The notes beneath the pieces are model-generated. The model did not search any database, was not told where the DNA came from, and saw nothing but the letters and a program-made list of their open reading frames with translations. Made by a program: the position numbers and the translations under genes. A stretch of DNA of 64,000 bases from positions 4,526,001 to 4,590,000 of the forward strand of contig JBHGNT010000012.1 in NCBI GenBank assembly GCA_043228905.1, written 5' to 3'. Numbering within the stretch: position 1 is the stretch's first letter; each line of letters starts with the position of its first letter. This document shows positions 52,259 to 64,000 of the stretch, one piece after another. The stretch comes from Azolla caroliniana (taxonomy: Eukaryota; Plantae; Polypodiophyta).

Positions 52259-55200
52259 GTTTCTTGGTCTCCTCGTCGACCATCTCGCGGGACATCTCCC
52301 ATCCATCTTCGCTGGCATCGTGCCAAGACTCCTCGACACCGTCATCCATCTCCTCGGTCTCACATGGGCGTAAGGGCCCGAATGCCGAGTTCTCCGGAAT
52401 CGGTCCCGAGGGCTCTTGTTCGTTCCTTCACATATCGTCTCACCAGTGATTCTTGGTCTCACGCCACCGCCTTCCTCCTCTTGGGACTCACGTGGGCACT
52501 CGGGCCCAACTGCCATTGTCATGGGAGCAAGTGTGGGAAGACGCGTAGAATCGCCTGTCCTATTTATGCCCCTGTCCGTAGCCACCGGCTCCTCGTGGTC
52601 GGTGGTTGCCCCTTTACCGATCGCGCAAGCCTTGCTTGGGCTTGCTTCTCCAATGTCCGGGGTTCTGGGCCTCCGTGCCCGAAACTGCCGGTCCCGACGC
52701 TCCGATTATGCAATCGGTATCTCGGCCTTGTCCTTGGTCTTTCTTTCTCCGCAAGTCGAGAGGGCGTTATGTTCCACACCCTCTCCCGTGGTACCGTCGT
52801 ACCGATCTTCTGCCTCCTTGTGGGGCAAGTTCGCCTCCTCGGCCTCGGCTTGCGGCCTTGATCTTTCCTCTTCCTCAAGCGTTGCCTCTAGAGCTGCGTA
52901 CGCCTTCGCAATCCTGGCCCCGACGCCGAGCCTCGCCGACTCTCTTTGCCGTTCAGCCTGTTCCCGTTGTGATGGCACGCCATCGTGCGCCTTCCTCTTA
53001 GCCTTTTCAGCCCGCTCATCATCTAGCCGTTGGCATACCCTTCCGACCTTCAACCAGTCCTCCATAAGGGCATTCGCTCCATCCTCGTCTTCGAGCTCAA
53101 TCTCGATGGCCTCCCGTTCCGCTCGGTCAATCGACTTGACAAACAATAGGACTTTGTCTGCCCCCACCAAACCGTGTTCCTGCTCTGGGAACCGAGCAAG
53201 CCGTCGCTCGAACTCTCAGAATGCCTGCATTGCACCCTGGTGGGCCTTCGCCAATGCAACCCACTGGTCGAAGTTGAGTCTTCCCCGGCTCTTCCGCCGT
53301 CCTCCATATGCCTGCATGAGTGCATCTTCAATGGCCTCCCACGAATCATGAGCTTCTCGGAGCTCCTTCACTTCCGCGTGCATACGGACGACGACGACCC
53401 GATAGAAGAACTCCAACCTCAACGCCTCGTCTACGCCTCGCTCCTCCATTTCCGTGTTGTAGGCTTCCAAGTAGTATGGGACCTTGTCCTCGTTGAAATG
53501 GCCGACTCTTTCGACCACACATTCGATAGCTTGTTGTGCCATCTCTCTTCTTGATGTTGCTCATCAAAACTCCTTCACCGCTTCGACAAAAAGTTGTGTG
53601 AAGTCTTTCTCTTCCAACTCCATTCTCCCTTGCCGCCCTTCACGTCGGGTTCACCAAATTATATCGCGTGGTTACGCGTGTGCGTGTAGAAGGGGCGGGA
53701 CCATGGGGGTCTCGGACGAGGGAGAAAAGGGAAGCCAAGGAACCCGACACTGGACACGACCCGGATGCAGCCGAACACGAGAGAGAGAAAGGAGAGGAAG
53801 AGCATGCACGCAACACCGACTTTTATGTACAACAAAACAAAGGAGGGGGGGGGGGGGGCTATGCACCCGACACCAACAGAGACACCATTATGCACAAACA
53901 GATATGAGCATGTATATTACAAGGGAAAGAATACAACCCCGGCTTTGAGCCGGCTACGCTCAGAAGAAGAGGAGTTAACCTAACAACTTTCCCACCATAG
54001 CTACCGCCCGACTTCTCGAGAAGGAGAAGAAGAAAAGAATGTAACTAACCCTACAAAAGAAGCACAAAATGGTATACCCTTACCACTCAAAATGGGCAAC
54101 CCTTTCACAAAGGGCGCTCCCTTCCTTTTATAGAACAAGGAGAGGGATGCGTTACAATGTGGGATAAATCCCAACTTGACTCCTATTATTCACACGTTTT
54201 TACAAGGGTAAGTGCACATGGTGCACCCCGCTGATTCTTCCGATATCTCCTGATTTCTCACTATGTGCCGGAAACTTTACGACAGCGCGTCGCCGCTCGT
54301 ATTTTCCACCCGTGCTTGGTGTTGATCGGCCACTTGCCTTTCTTGTAGAAGTCCATGGACATTAGGTTGATCTCCGAACCGTGGTCTACAAATGCCACCA
54401 CCGGCTCCTGCACGTCCCCGATCCTAACCGGGGTCTCCGTAGTGGCTCTTTCTGAGTGCAACATTGAGAAGTGGCTTTCCGCCAACTCATCTTCTAGGCC
54501 CATGTCTTCTAGGTGCGTTGTTCACACCTCCAATGGCCTCTCCGGCTCCGGCTCCGTCGAAAGCCTTTTCCGCTTCACCAAGTCCATGATGGAGTCATGG
54601 AATTCTTTCTTGGCGATCCCAAGCACTTCCCTTAGCGACAGCTCTACCTTGTTGTTGAGGATTCGTTCCTCAAGGACCTTCCATAGGTTTGCCGTTCTTT
54701 CTATCTTAGTGCTCAACCGATAGCCGACATTTTTTGCTTTATCCGATGTGCCGGCAACACCGACGTCATTCTGCTTTGGCCCGAATTGGGTCTCATACCG
54801 TTGCGAAGATCCGGCCCCTCCGGCCTTTCCAGCACGCTTGTCTTCTAACAGAACTTCGTAGTTCTAGCACACGGCTTCCACAAAGCCGGTCTTTTCTTCG
54901 ACCGGATCGCTCAACCCGGTGACCTCCCGGACCCGTCTTTTCGCATGGTCCGCTTCCTCCCTCTCAACCGTACGCCGGCGAGGCCTTCTAGTACCACCGG
55001 CGAGAACGCAGAGTTTTTCATCTTCCGGCCTTCGTCACTCCCGACCCGGATTCTCGCCAACGCCGAGTAGTGGATGGTCTCCACGTGGCGCACGGCCGCT
55101 TCTTCCATTAGTCTCTTCATCCCTCCCCGTCCGATATTCAGCTCCAGGGCTCTCCGGGTCTCGCTAGCGTGCACCCTCCCATTCCATAGGTATACCACAT

Positions 55201-56744
55201 TAGCCCTTATTGCTTCCGCGAAGTCCACGCAGTCCTTCCAGCCATGACCGACCACGTCACACCACAAGCATCGATGCCCACCCGGAGGCCTTCGGTCGTG
55301 AGGCCGCTCGCCGCCGTCCCTCCTCGTTTGTGCAACCTTCAATTCTCATACGATCTGCGTCAGATCTTCCAGAGCCGCTTTGCCGGATGGGCCCTTGACC
55401 ACGTCGGACACGCCTGTCTAAAGCCAACCTCGAGTTTCCTCCTTGCGCGTCGGCGGGGGTCCCTTGAGGTTTCTTGCCACAACACCTCCTGCCCCCCACA
55501 AGCCCTTGTCGACCCACTCACACCATTTGTCGAAACGGCCGCAGACACCCTTTACGTCATCCCATCGTCCATCTCCAACAGGAGACCCACTTGCTCCCAA
55601 TCATGCACGTCCACAGCTTTGACGAATAAAAGGACACGGCTCATGTCCAGTACGGTCCTATCTAGTGCCGAAAGTCCTGTGAAGCGTTCCTGGAACTCCC
55701 GGAGGAGCGTCGACGTATTCCTCCCCTTTCCTAGGGTTTCAACCCAATCCATAAAGTCTCGCTTTGATAACTGAAGCATGTTATCAAACCCGTACTGCTC
55801 GAGGAGTTGCGCTTCAAATTCTCCCTAGGTCCGGCATCCAGCCTGCACCTTGAGCACCTCTACGTGGATGCCCGGTGTCGTTACCCGAGGTAACCCAAGC
55901 AAACGCTTTCTCCCAGGATGTCCCTCATCACCATCTCGGCCCGGTAGACCACCAAATAACATGTGACGTCCTTCCCATCAAACTAGCCTATTGTGCCGAC
56001 GATTGCTTCGATGGCCTTGTCGAGGGCACTTGTGCCCTCACGAGCACTTACTATCCGATCGACTGTTGCCGCCATGGCTTCGGCGAGCTCTGATCCCCTC
56101 CTTTTTTATTCCTCTGCCGCCTTAATTCACGTTGGGTTCACCAGATTAATGTGTTACGCTCACGCGTAGGAAATAAGCCGGGACCGCGGGGGCCCTGAAC
56201 CGAGGAACGTGAGAGAGAGAAAAAGAGAGAGACTCACAGAAACACAGAGAGACGGAAAATGAAAGAATCAAATCCAATAACAATATAGATTACAGCTTGC
56301 AATGTTACAACCGGCAAGTCGGTGATAAACTCGACACAAACGAACGCACTCCCTGAAATACATGGTGGAGCCTCTATCGGAAGCATGCGGGCTTTCACGC
56401 ACCAAAGGTAGCTAACCTAACCCGAAAATCCCGGCAACAACGATGGTGGAGGAAAGAGCTCGGTTCCTAGTCCGACAGCACTCCGTCCTCTCTAAATGTG
56501 CGATCCCTGCTCATGCCCTTTTCCTCTCCTTTTATAGCACAAGGAGAGAGGCGTTTACAGACCGTAAAATCCCTGTTATTTCCTTCAATTCCCTACTTAA
56601 TGAACTAGTGCTACCTAGGACAATTACATCGCCGGCCTATACTTAACTATGTATATAAATATATCAAAACATGTGCCCGTGTGTAAGGCCCGGTTCACGC
56701 ACACACCATCCACCGATTCCTCCTAGGAACGATTTTCTCCATGA

Positions 56745-57240
56745 TAGCGTAAAATGGGGAGACCCGATTCGAGGAGTGAATAGCATTATTATAAGCAAAC
56801 GCCACAAAGTGTAGAGTATCAGCCCAATCGTCCTGCTGATAACTCAGAAAACACCGGAGGTATTGTTCCAGCGTTTGATTTGTTTGTTCCGCATGCCCAT
56901 TGGTTTGGGTATGGTAGTGATGGCCTTAGTACACGGCACAAAATGTGCCATCTTAGTATATCAATCAACAACGGTTAAGATAGCATTGAAACCACCCTTT
57001 GAGACCGGCAGATCTGTGATAAAATCAAGACAAATAGACCACCACGGCTTACTTGGAATCGGTAAGGGTTCCAACAAGCCATATGGATGATGTCGTGACA
57101 TCTTTGCTCGGCAACAAGCATCACAGGTCCGAACGTAGTCGTCGATAAAACGTCACATATGGGGCTACCAAAAAGATCGTTGAACTAGATCCAACGTCTT
57201 CGTACTACCGAAATGTCCCGTTGTATGGGTGTCATGACAA
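56745..57240 (-). mobile_element. Chromovirus-type (Tf2/Tcn1-like) integrase fragment
   Basis: CHDTHTTGHFG..TCDACCRAK..PYGLLEPLPIPSKPW..LDFITDLP and QTLEQYLRCF..QQDDW. Confidence 0.75.
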
Positions 57241-59506
57241 TTTTGGACGATTTGAAGGCGACAAGAGCAATGAAGGAAGAGTGCAAGTCGGTTATAGACG
57301 TTCGGAGGTTCTTGGGCACATGCGTTTTCTACCACATCTGGGTCCCGCACTACGCACACGTCGCAGAGCCACTGTACAGATTGTTGATAAAAGGGTGTAA
57401 CTTTAGGTGGACCAAGGAGCATACTGTCAGGAATAGTACTAAAATAGAGAGAGAATTAGTACTAGAGAAGGGACTATTAGTACTAAGACGATGGGACTAC
57501 GTAAGACTCCCGAGAGAGGGAGAGAGAAGAGGAGAGAGAGAGAGAGATGATGATAATAGATGATATATTATATGAAGAGTAAGTACAAAATGGCGATGAG
57601 GCTTCTTAAGACTGGCGTTGAACCAATTTGGTTCAACATAATGCCTTGTGTGTCCTTTTATAGTGTTCTCAAGAGGAGTCCTAAAGCTTCTAGAATGTTC
57701 CAAAGAAATCTGAAATATACATTAATTTCCTATAATAAAACAAAAATGAAAATAATATCTTATGTATTACAATAGATGGTATAATGGTCAAGAGCTCGAC
57801 CCATATAACATAAGGTCATGAGTTCAAGTCTTCACATATTATGACACATACAGAGTCAGTCCGAAGGTTGAAGGAAGTGCTAACCACGGCACCGGCACTT
57901 TCGGAAAGCGGTTTATGGCAAGGAGGTCCCGATCTACGTCACCGTAGACACGAGCCCGACCAGAATCGGATGGGTAGTCAATCAGGAGGACGAGAGTGGC
58001 ATGAGGTTCCCCATCCAGTTTGGGGCGAAGGTACTATGTGAGCGGTAGCGATGGTACACCCAAGGTAAGCGCGAACTCTGAGCTATCATTTCGGCAATCA
58101 AGGCCAACAAAGACTATCTTATTGGGACGGCGGTAATAATCGAGACGGATTGCCTATCGATCCTCGTTATGGTTTCCGGATGCGCGACGTCGGACCTGGC
58201 AATGCTTAGGTGGATCGCGTAATTAAGTCCCTGAACCCGGACATACGGCACATCTCTGGGAAGGACAACGCCATGGCTGACATGCTTTATAGAGCATGGT
58301 TCGATGACGAGGACGGCATGGTTTCTGAAGACGAAGAAGTCGGCGTGGACTTCTTCGAGTCAGCTCGCATAACGATAGACGAAGGGAGAACTCCGGCACT
58401 TAATGAATTTGATGAGGACAAGTACGACGGGGAGTGGCTCCAGATCGGCAAGTACCTGAGGACATTGACACCGAATGTGGCATGGATGAAGGACGAGGCA
58501 AACCGGATCCGGAAGAAGGCGTACCAATTCTTCCTATGGGACAAGATCTTATGGAGGCATCCAAAGAAGCGGAACGGTGTCACGCTCCGTGTAGCGGCAA
58601 GAGTAGAAGAACAAAAGGCATTGCTATTGGCGTATCACGAGAGTCCTTAGGGCGGACATCGTGGAACGTGGGCCACATTCAATAACCTGAAGGACACGTA
58701 TTGGTGGCCGGGAATGTATCGGGACGTGCACCAATTGGTGACGATCTGTGAGAGTTGCCAAATGCATTCCACTATCCGACACCGAGATGAGCTGCACTCG
58801 ACCTACCCGCTGGCTGTCCATTTCAAGTGGATGGTGGACTTAGTGACGACGCCGATGGGGGTAGGGCAGATGCGGTACTTGGTGCTTGCTCGAGAGGACC
58901 TGACGAACCAAGTGGAGGGTCGTACACTGCAGAACAAGGCGATTGTGGCCGTGTGCCGGTTCCTGATCGAGGAGGTGATATGTCGGTACGGGTACGTAGG
59001 GAAGATTGTGGTTGACCGGGGAGAGCTTGACACGTAGGAAGCCAAGGAGTTGTTCGGCCAATTAGGGGTCAAGCTCTCTCTCACCCAATCGTGAAGGCGT
59101 TAGTACGACCGTGCGAAGGACAAGTCGATAACTAGCCGCGACTCCTGCCTTACGTGTTATGGGTGGACTGAACTACGCAAAGTTTGGTAACCGGGTTCAT
59201 GCCGGCAGAGCTAATGTATGGGCAGAAGTCGATCATGCCGGTAGAGCGAACAATTTCCTCGTGGGCAGCAATGGACTGGAGAGACGAGATGAGCTGGGGA
59301 GAGCTGTTGGCGGCGTAGATTCGCCAGCTCGAGCCGAGACCGGAGGACGTGGACCGAGCGAAGGCGAAGCTGCACGCGGCAAGGGTAAAGAATAAAGGCC
59401 GGTTCGACCGAACACACTAGCTACGACCGAAGAAGATCGAGGAAGGCGACTAGGTGCTCGTTTACACCAGCAGTCTCGACAATTAGCACAAGGCAACCCG
59501 TAAGTT
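57241..59506 (+). mobile_element. Degenerate gypsy pol fragment (RT connection, RNase H, integrase)
   Basis: DVRRFLGTCVFYHIW, HISGKDNAMADML, CESCQ, AREDLTNQVEGR. Confidence 0.8.
57425..57846. repeat. Solo LTR
   Basis: TGTCA...TGACA termini with TSD CATAC at 57420-57424 and 57847-57851. Confidence 0.88.
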
Positions 59507-61352
59507 CTCTTGGATCATATGTCTATCTCGGAGTCACTTTCAGTGTCCGCTCAGGTAAATTTTCGATGACACAAGTGGCAAAGGATAGACTTACGAGAGG
59601 ACATGCATCCCTCTCACTGCTCGAGAGACAATGCCATCAAGCATACTTCCAAGAGCCACGGACTAAAGGGTGGCTCTTTGACTCATTAGTGACTCCCTCC
59701 CTCATGTATGCATCAACGGTTTGGGCTCCAGGACTACCATCTTTCATGTGGATGCAATTAGAGAGACCATTGGTGATGATGTTATAATGCCAACTCCGAA
59801 GCAAATCGACAATCCCACATGACATTATTAGGGCTGAGTTTACTCTACCCCCGATGTTAGTAGAAGCACTTTTTCAACTTGTAGTCTTTATCCACAGGAT
59901 ACATAGCCAACCACATGATAGAATATCCCATCAAGCCTTTAAGGCCTCTCGATCACTGTATGAGTCCAGCTATTCTAGCTCATGGTATGGCATGATGGTG
60001 AGTTGGCTTCTTGCGAACGGTCTAGACATTAATAACCTCCCCCTCCTTAAGTACGACCACACGATTAATAACACTTTAATCTCTCATGAGGACCGAAATA
60101 AAGTAATACGCCAAGAAATATGGCAAATTTACACTCGGTATAAATGGATCACCCCACTAGAGCCACTCCCATCTAAAATGTTGTACTATAAGGAACACTT
60201 CATGCACTTCTCTAAGTTAGGTTTTATTACACGACCAAAATACCTAGATGTATTCTTACCACATGCACTAAGGGTTGCCATTGGTCAACTTAGAATATCA
60301 TCTCACCAACTTGAGATTGAGCATGGACGTATTAATGGAGTCCCTAGGGAGGAAAGGATATGTAGGTTATGCCATGTAGAGATAGAGGATGAGTACCACT
60401 TTACATGCAAATGTCCCACCTATGCCGAGATAAGGGCCAAATACCAAGACATACTTGGTTCCTCTCCCACCCTCCCTAAACTTTTAGATACATTAGATAT
60501 AAAGAAATTAGGCAGATACATCCTAGAATTAAAACAACACAGAGAGAATAAGTTACAAAATGTTGACAATAGGGTTGCTAATGTTCACCAACATGTAACA
60601 AATGAAGTCTTTCATGAACAGGGGGAGACAACGAATGTCGACACACCTGCACCACTCAGGCTTTTCCTTGATGAAGCAGAAAATCAAAGAAGAACCAAAC
60701 GCCCTCAAATGCTGGGTTTCAAAGCAACTCGACGTGATGTAGAAGAAATAAAGAAAATAAGGGAACGTGAGCTACACCGCCTAGAAGCCATGGTTGGGGC
60801 ACTCTATACACCAAGACCATGGGTCACACCCACACCAAAACCCTTTGATCTCCCACTTCTTTTCGAGAGGCTTGGGTGGAAATGAAATTAGGCTTAGTGC
60901 AAAGTCACTTCTTTTTTATAAAGTATACTATGTTTTGTACACGACTAGAACTCTTTTGGCTTAAGCTATTGTTACTTTACTTTTATTTTAGTTTTGATGA
61001 TTGGAACGTGAGCTACACCGCCTAGAAGCCATGGTTGGGGCACTCTATACACCAAGACCATGGGTCACACCCACACCAAAACCCTTTGATCTCCCACTTC
61101 TTTTCGAGAGGCTTGGGTGGAAATGAAATTAGGCTTAGTGCAAAGTCACTTCTTTTTTATAAAGTATACTATGTTTTGTACACGACTAGAACTCTTTTGG
61201 CTTAAGCTATTTTTACTTTACTTTTATTTTAGTTTTGATGATTGGATAAATACCCATTCTTGTTGTAAACCAACTGTCTCATGGGCCAATTTTGGCCTTA
61301 GAAGACGTTAATGTAACTATATTTTCTCTCTCTCTCTCTCTCACACACACAC
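59507..61352 (+). mobile_element. 5'-truncated RTEX-like non-LTR retrotransposon (ORF2 C-terminus 59566-60885) with a 241-bp 3' duplication and (CT)n(CA)n tail
   Basis: LFDSLVTPSLMYASTVW and LRISSHQLEIEHGR..REERICRLCHVEIEDEYHFTCKCPTYAEIR. Confidence 0.7.
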
Positions 61353-61615
61353 ATATTTGTTCCGTTGTACAAAATCACTCCTGATTCTTTACATGCCCGT
61401 TAATATCTAACAGTCCCAAGGCCATTGTGCTTGTACCTTTTCAAGAAGGAAACGATGTGTACTACGTCAAAGTCCTTGAGAACTTTGGAACTTTTAATAT
61501 TGGCGAACTTCCAAATAACAAGCTTGTTTTCAAGTGGATTGTTTCCAATTCTGTAAGAGAACCATAGAAGCAATTTATAAGTTGGACTTACCATAATTTT
61601 GTAAGGTTCATCTTG

Positions 61616-63345
61616 TTTTTCATGTTAGCCATTTAAACAAAAGAGCAATCTAGGTAGTTGGACACTAGATACCCTTGTATATCCGAAGGACAAGTTCTTT
61701 GCATAGAATATAAGCTCTCAATCTTCCAAGTCTCACGCGTATTGTCAAGTAAGTTGTTTCCAAAACCTTCAAGAAATTAGACAGGTGGTTTGCAAGTTGG
61801 GTTACCTTCTTTCTTTAAAGGATTTTCTTCAATAGTATTAAGAAAAAAACGCCTGAAGGCTACAACTTAAACCTAGCTACCAAGGAGGTTACAACTTTTC
61901 TTATACAATGATGTAAAATACTCCTAGAACCAAATATCGAACTTTGTAGAAGATGTTTACATTTGTTGATATTCAAGAAAGAGTAATGGAAGTCGATATT
62001 GCCATTGAGGCTCTTGAGTTGACATTGTAAATAGGGGTACCTTTTTCCATAAGTGAAGAAGCTTTTTCCTTTTCTTGTTCACAGTATTTGGGGAACCCTG
62101 CATATTATCCTACTAGCCACGGACTACTGCCAACAAGTTTTCCCATATCTCAAACAGCACATCTAAGAGATGAATGTCTACCGCATCATAAAGTCGGTTA
62201 CATCGATATTTCCGTAATGTCCATAACGTTATTGTGGTCACTATTTTCCAAATTTGGACTGATCACACATGCTTTCGAGGTTGCTCTAAGGGACTGACTA
62301 ATATCAATCTTCTATTATGTATTGTCATTGCCTCATGAACATCGTTTGCCTCATACAACATCAAGCTAGAATGTAATACTCCCCACATTGCTAATCCCCA
62401 TAAGAATAGGCAACCTACATTGATTGTTAGGAATAAAGACATGACTTTCTTCCATTCTTGTTGAGCAAAAGAACAAGACCATAGGACATGCTTGGTAGTC
62501 TCCTGAGGTTCATGGCAAAAGCCACATTGCCGCAAATTGGGTGCTACATTCCCTTTCAATGAGTGACCAACTGGTAGTGCCATATGCATTAATAACCATC
62601 GAAAGAGAATAAATTTAGTTGGCCCCTTGAATGACCAAATCCATTTCTAGTAGGTTCTCAAATGCAAATTTGAGACACCCCAATTGGTCCAATGTTTCTG
62701 AGTTGCTGGTATCGTTACATTCCTAGACAACAATAATGATCTTTCAATTTTTACTAAGTACTAAAAGAAGGGGACCTTTACGATCTTTTCCCCGAAGGAG
62801 TGTGACCAAAGCCAACCCACCAGATCCCATGTTAATCTTGCAACAAGATCTTTTGTGTGTAACCATAGGATATCACACATATGAGCAATTGACAGATAAG
62901 GATCAAGGATCCATTTCTTTCCAGTTTTAGCAACCACGCTGACTGGTGCACTTCACAAGTCCTGTAGATAACTGCAATCAAAGGTATAAGATTGCAATCT
63001 ATTGTTGTCGATGACCTCAAAATAAGAAACGCACCCATTAGGTGAAACGCCCTTAACAACCATCAATGTATCATTTGTGAAGCATCCAAACCATAGATGT
63101 TCTTACCTAGGTTGGAAGGTTATAAAAAACGAAGAATATGTTGTTGATAAGGTAGTCATCATTATCTTGGCACCATGAACTAATTGTAGATGTGCAAGTC
63201 GATCTTCTAGTGACATTTGTTGAAATTGAGTCCAAGTTCTTACAGATGCAGCTGGCCCATTATCCAATTTACCCCAAGCAAGGTGAGTTCGCAAGCCCAA
63301 TAATTTTCCTGCATTATCCCGAAATAGAGAATTTACCTTGATCTA
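61616..63345 (-). mobile_element. 5'-truncated L1-type LINE, same family as 978-1870
   Basis: ALPVGHSLKGNVAPNLRQCGFCHEPQETTKHVLWSC. 15-bp TSD GTAAGGTTCATCTTG at 61601-61615 and 63346-63360. Confidence 0.85.
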
Positions 63346-64000
63346 GTAAGGTTCATCTTGCTTTTTATTTTCATTGCTTAAAGAATAGTATGGGTGGTTT
63401 GACACCAAATGCCCTCCAATCTAGTATGCAAATGTCTAATGCATTGAATATGTGAAAACTAAAATACCAAATATTGAATCATTGGGAGAAAAATTAGATA
63501 CATTATGTGTCTTGTCATTTGTTCAGTTAATGTATTACACTCTTCAAATATTCTCAAACAATTTATTATAAATCATACTTTCATTCTCAATATTAATATT
63601 TTTCATAACACACCTCCCAATCCTTGTAGTAGTTTTGCCTCACTTCTGAATACATCATCACCTCAATAGATAGCTATTGGCTCCTAGACATGGAAAACAA
63701 ATTTCTCTTTGATTATCATCCAATAATGTGAAAAGTTGGTATGTGAGAAACTTGTCTATGATGTACATTCAATAAAGTAAAAAAGAAAGAGGGAAGTACA
63801 ATGTGCTCAATATGTTGAAGATGTTGATGGTGTTTAATATACTAGAAATGTGCGAAAAGAAGAAAGCAATCAATCTACAAGTCACATAGCTTGGCATAAA
63901 AGCATAGCCTCAATCATGTGTGTGGAGCGTAGTCATAAGATTGTGCAAGATGATGTATAAAAATGTAACAATTGCAATATGCAATGATGTTGAAACTCTA

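Larger units (their letters stand above)
42803..54284 (-). mobile_element. Gag-only (TR-GAG-like) non-autonomous gypsy derivative: 5' LTR 54284-53662, 3' LTR 49092-48600 plus 42931-42803
   Basis: Matching LTRs, PBS TGGTGAACCCGACGTGA at 53657-53641, PPT GGTGGGGGCGGA at 49104-49093, gag ORFs 53542-52706, no pol motifs, GCGCGT flanks on both sides. Confidence 0.8.
42530..56700 (-). mobile_element. Host gypsy element (LTR ~56150-56700, Trp-type PBS TGGTGAACCCAACGTG at 56143, gag-protease), split by the 42803-54284 insertion
   Basis: Protease AFVDHGSEINLM...GWKIRAATR (54285) continues as ATKELQGACLNV (42800). Confidence 0.75.

Noticed and set aside
61400-61594. Possible host exon(s) on the minus strand (also ~63600-63770)
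   Set aside because: Splice-like sites exist, but the implied intron is only about 41 nt, no protein motif is recognisable and the neighbouring segment has stops.

Overview
Eukaryotic, plant-type DNA. A non-seed land plant such as a fern is my inference from the transposon mix and the intron-containing P450; it is not proven. About 85-90% of the window is nested transposable elements. There is one recognisable host gene, a two-exon CYP71-clan (A-type) cytochrome P450 at 7664-9404 (-). The rest comprises: five Ty1/copia elements, one full length at 42932-48599 with 386-bp LTRs and AGAAA target-site duplication (TSD); several Ty3/gypsy elements, including an Athila/Tat-type gag-pol with a downstream extra ORF and a gag-only derivative; at least six solo or truncated LTRs, five with exact TSDs; two 5'-truncated L1-type LINEs with TSDs; an RTEX-like LINE 3' end; and a nearly intact hAT transposon (30498-34539, 8-bp TSD). 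The most unusual segment is 24.1-27.95 kb. It encodes a decayed ~915-aa Sola1/DUF7869-like DDE/D transposase with a four-fold FS[VI]EEY motif at the N-terminus and a BAH/Tudor-like C-terminus. It sits next to a phased array of seven 23-bp palindromes (AACTCGATACG-N-CGTATCGAGTT) and a possible divergent promoter. All family assignments come from motif recognition by eye; no database searches were run.
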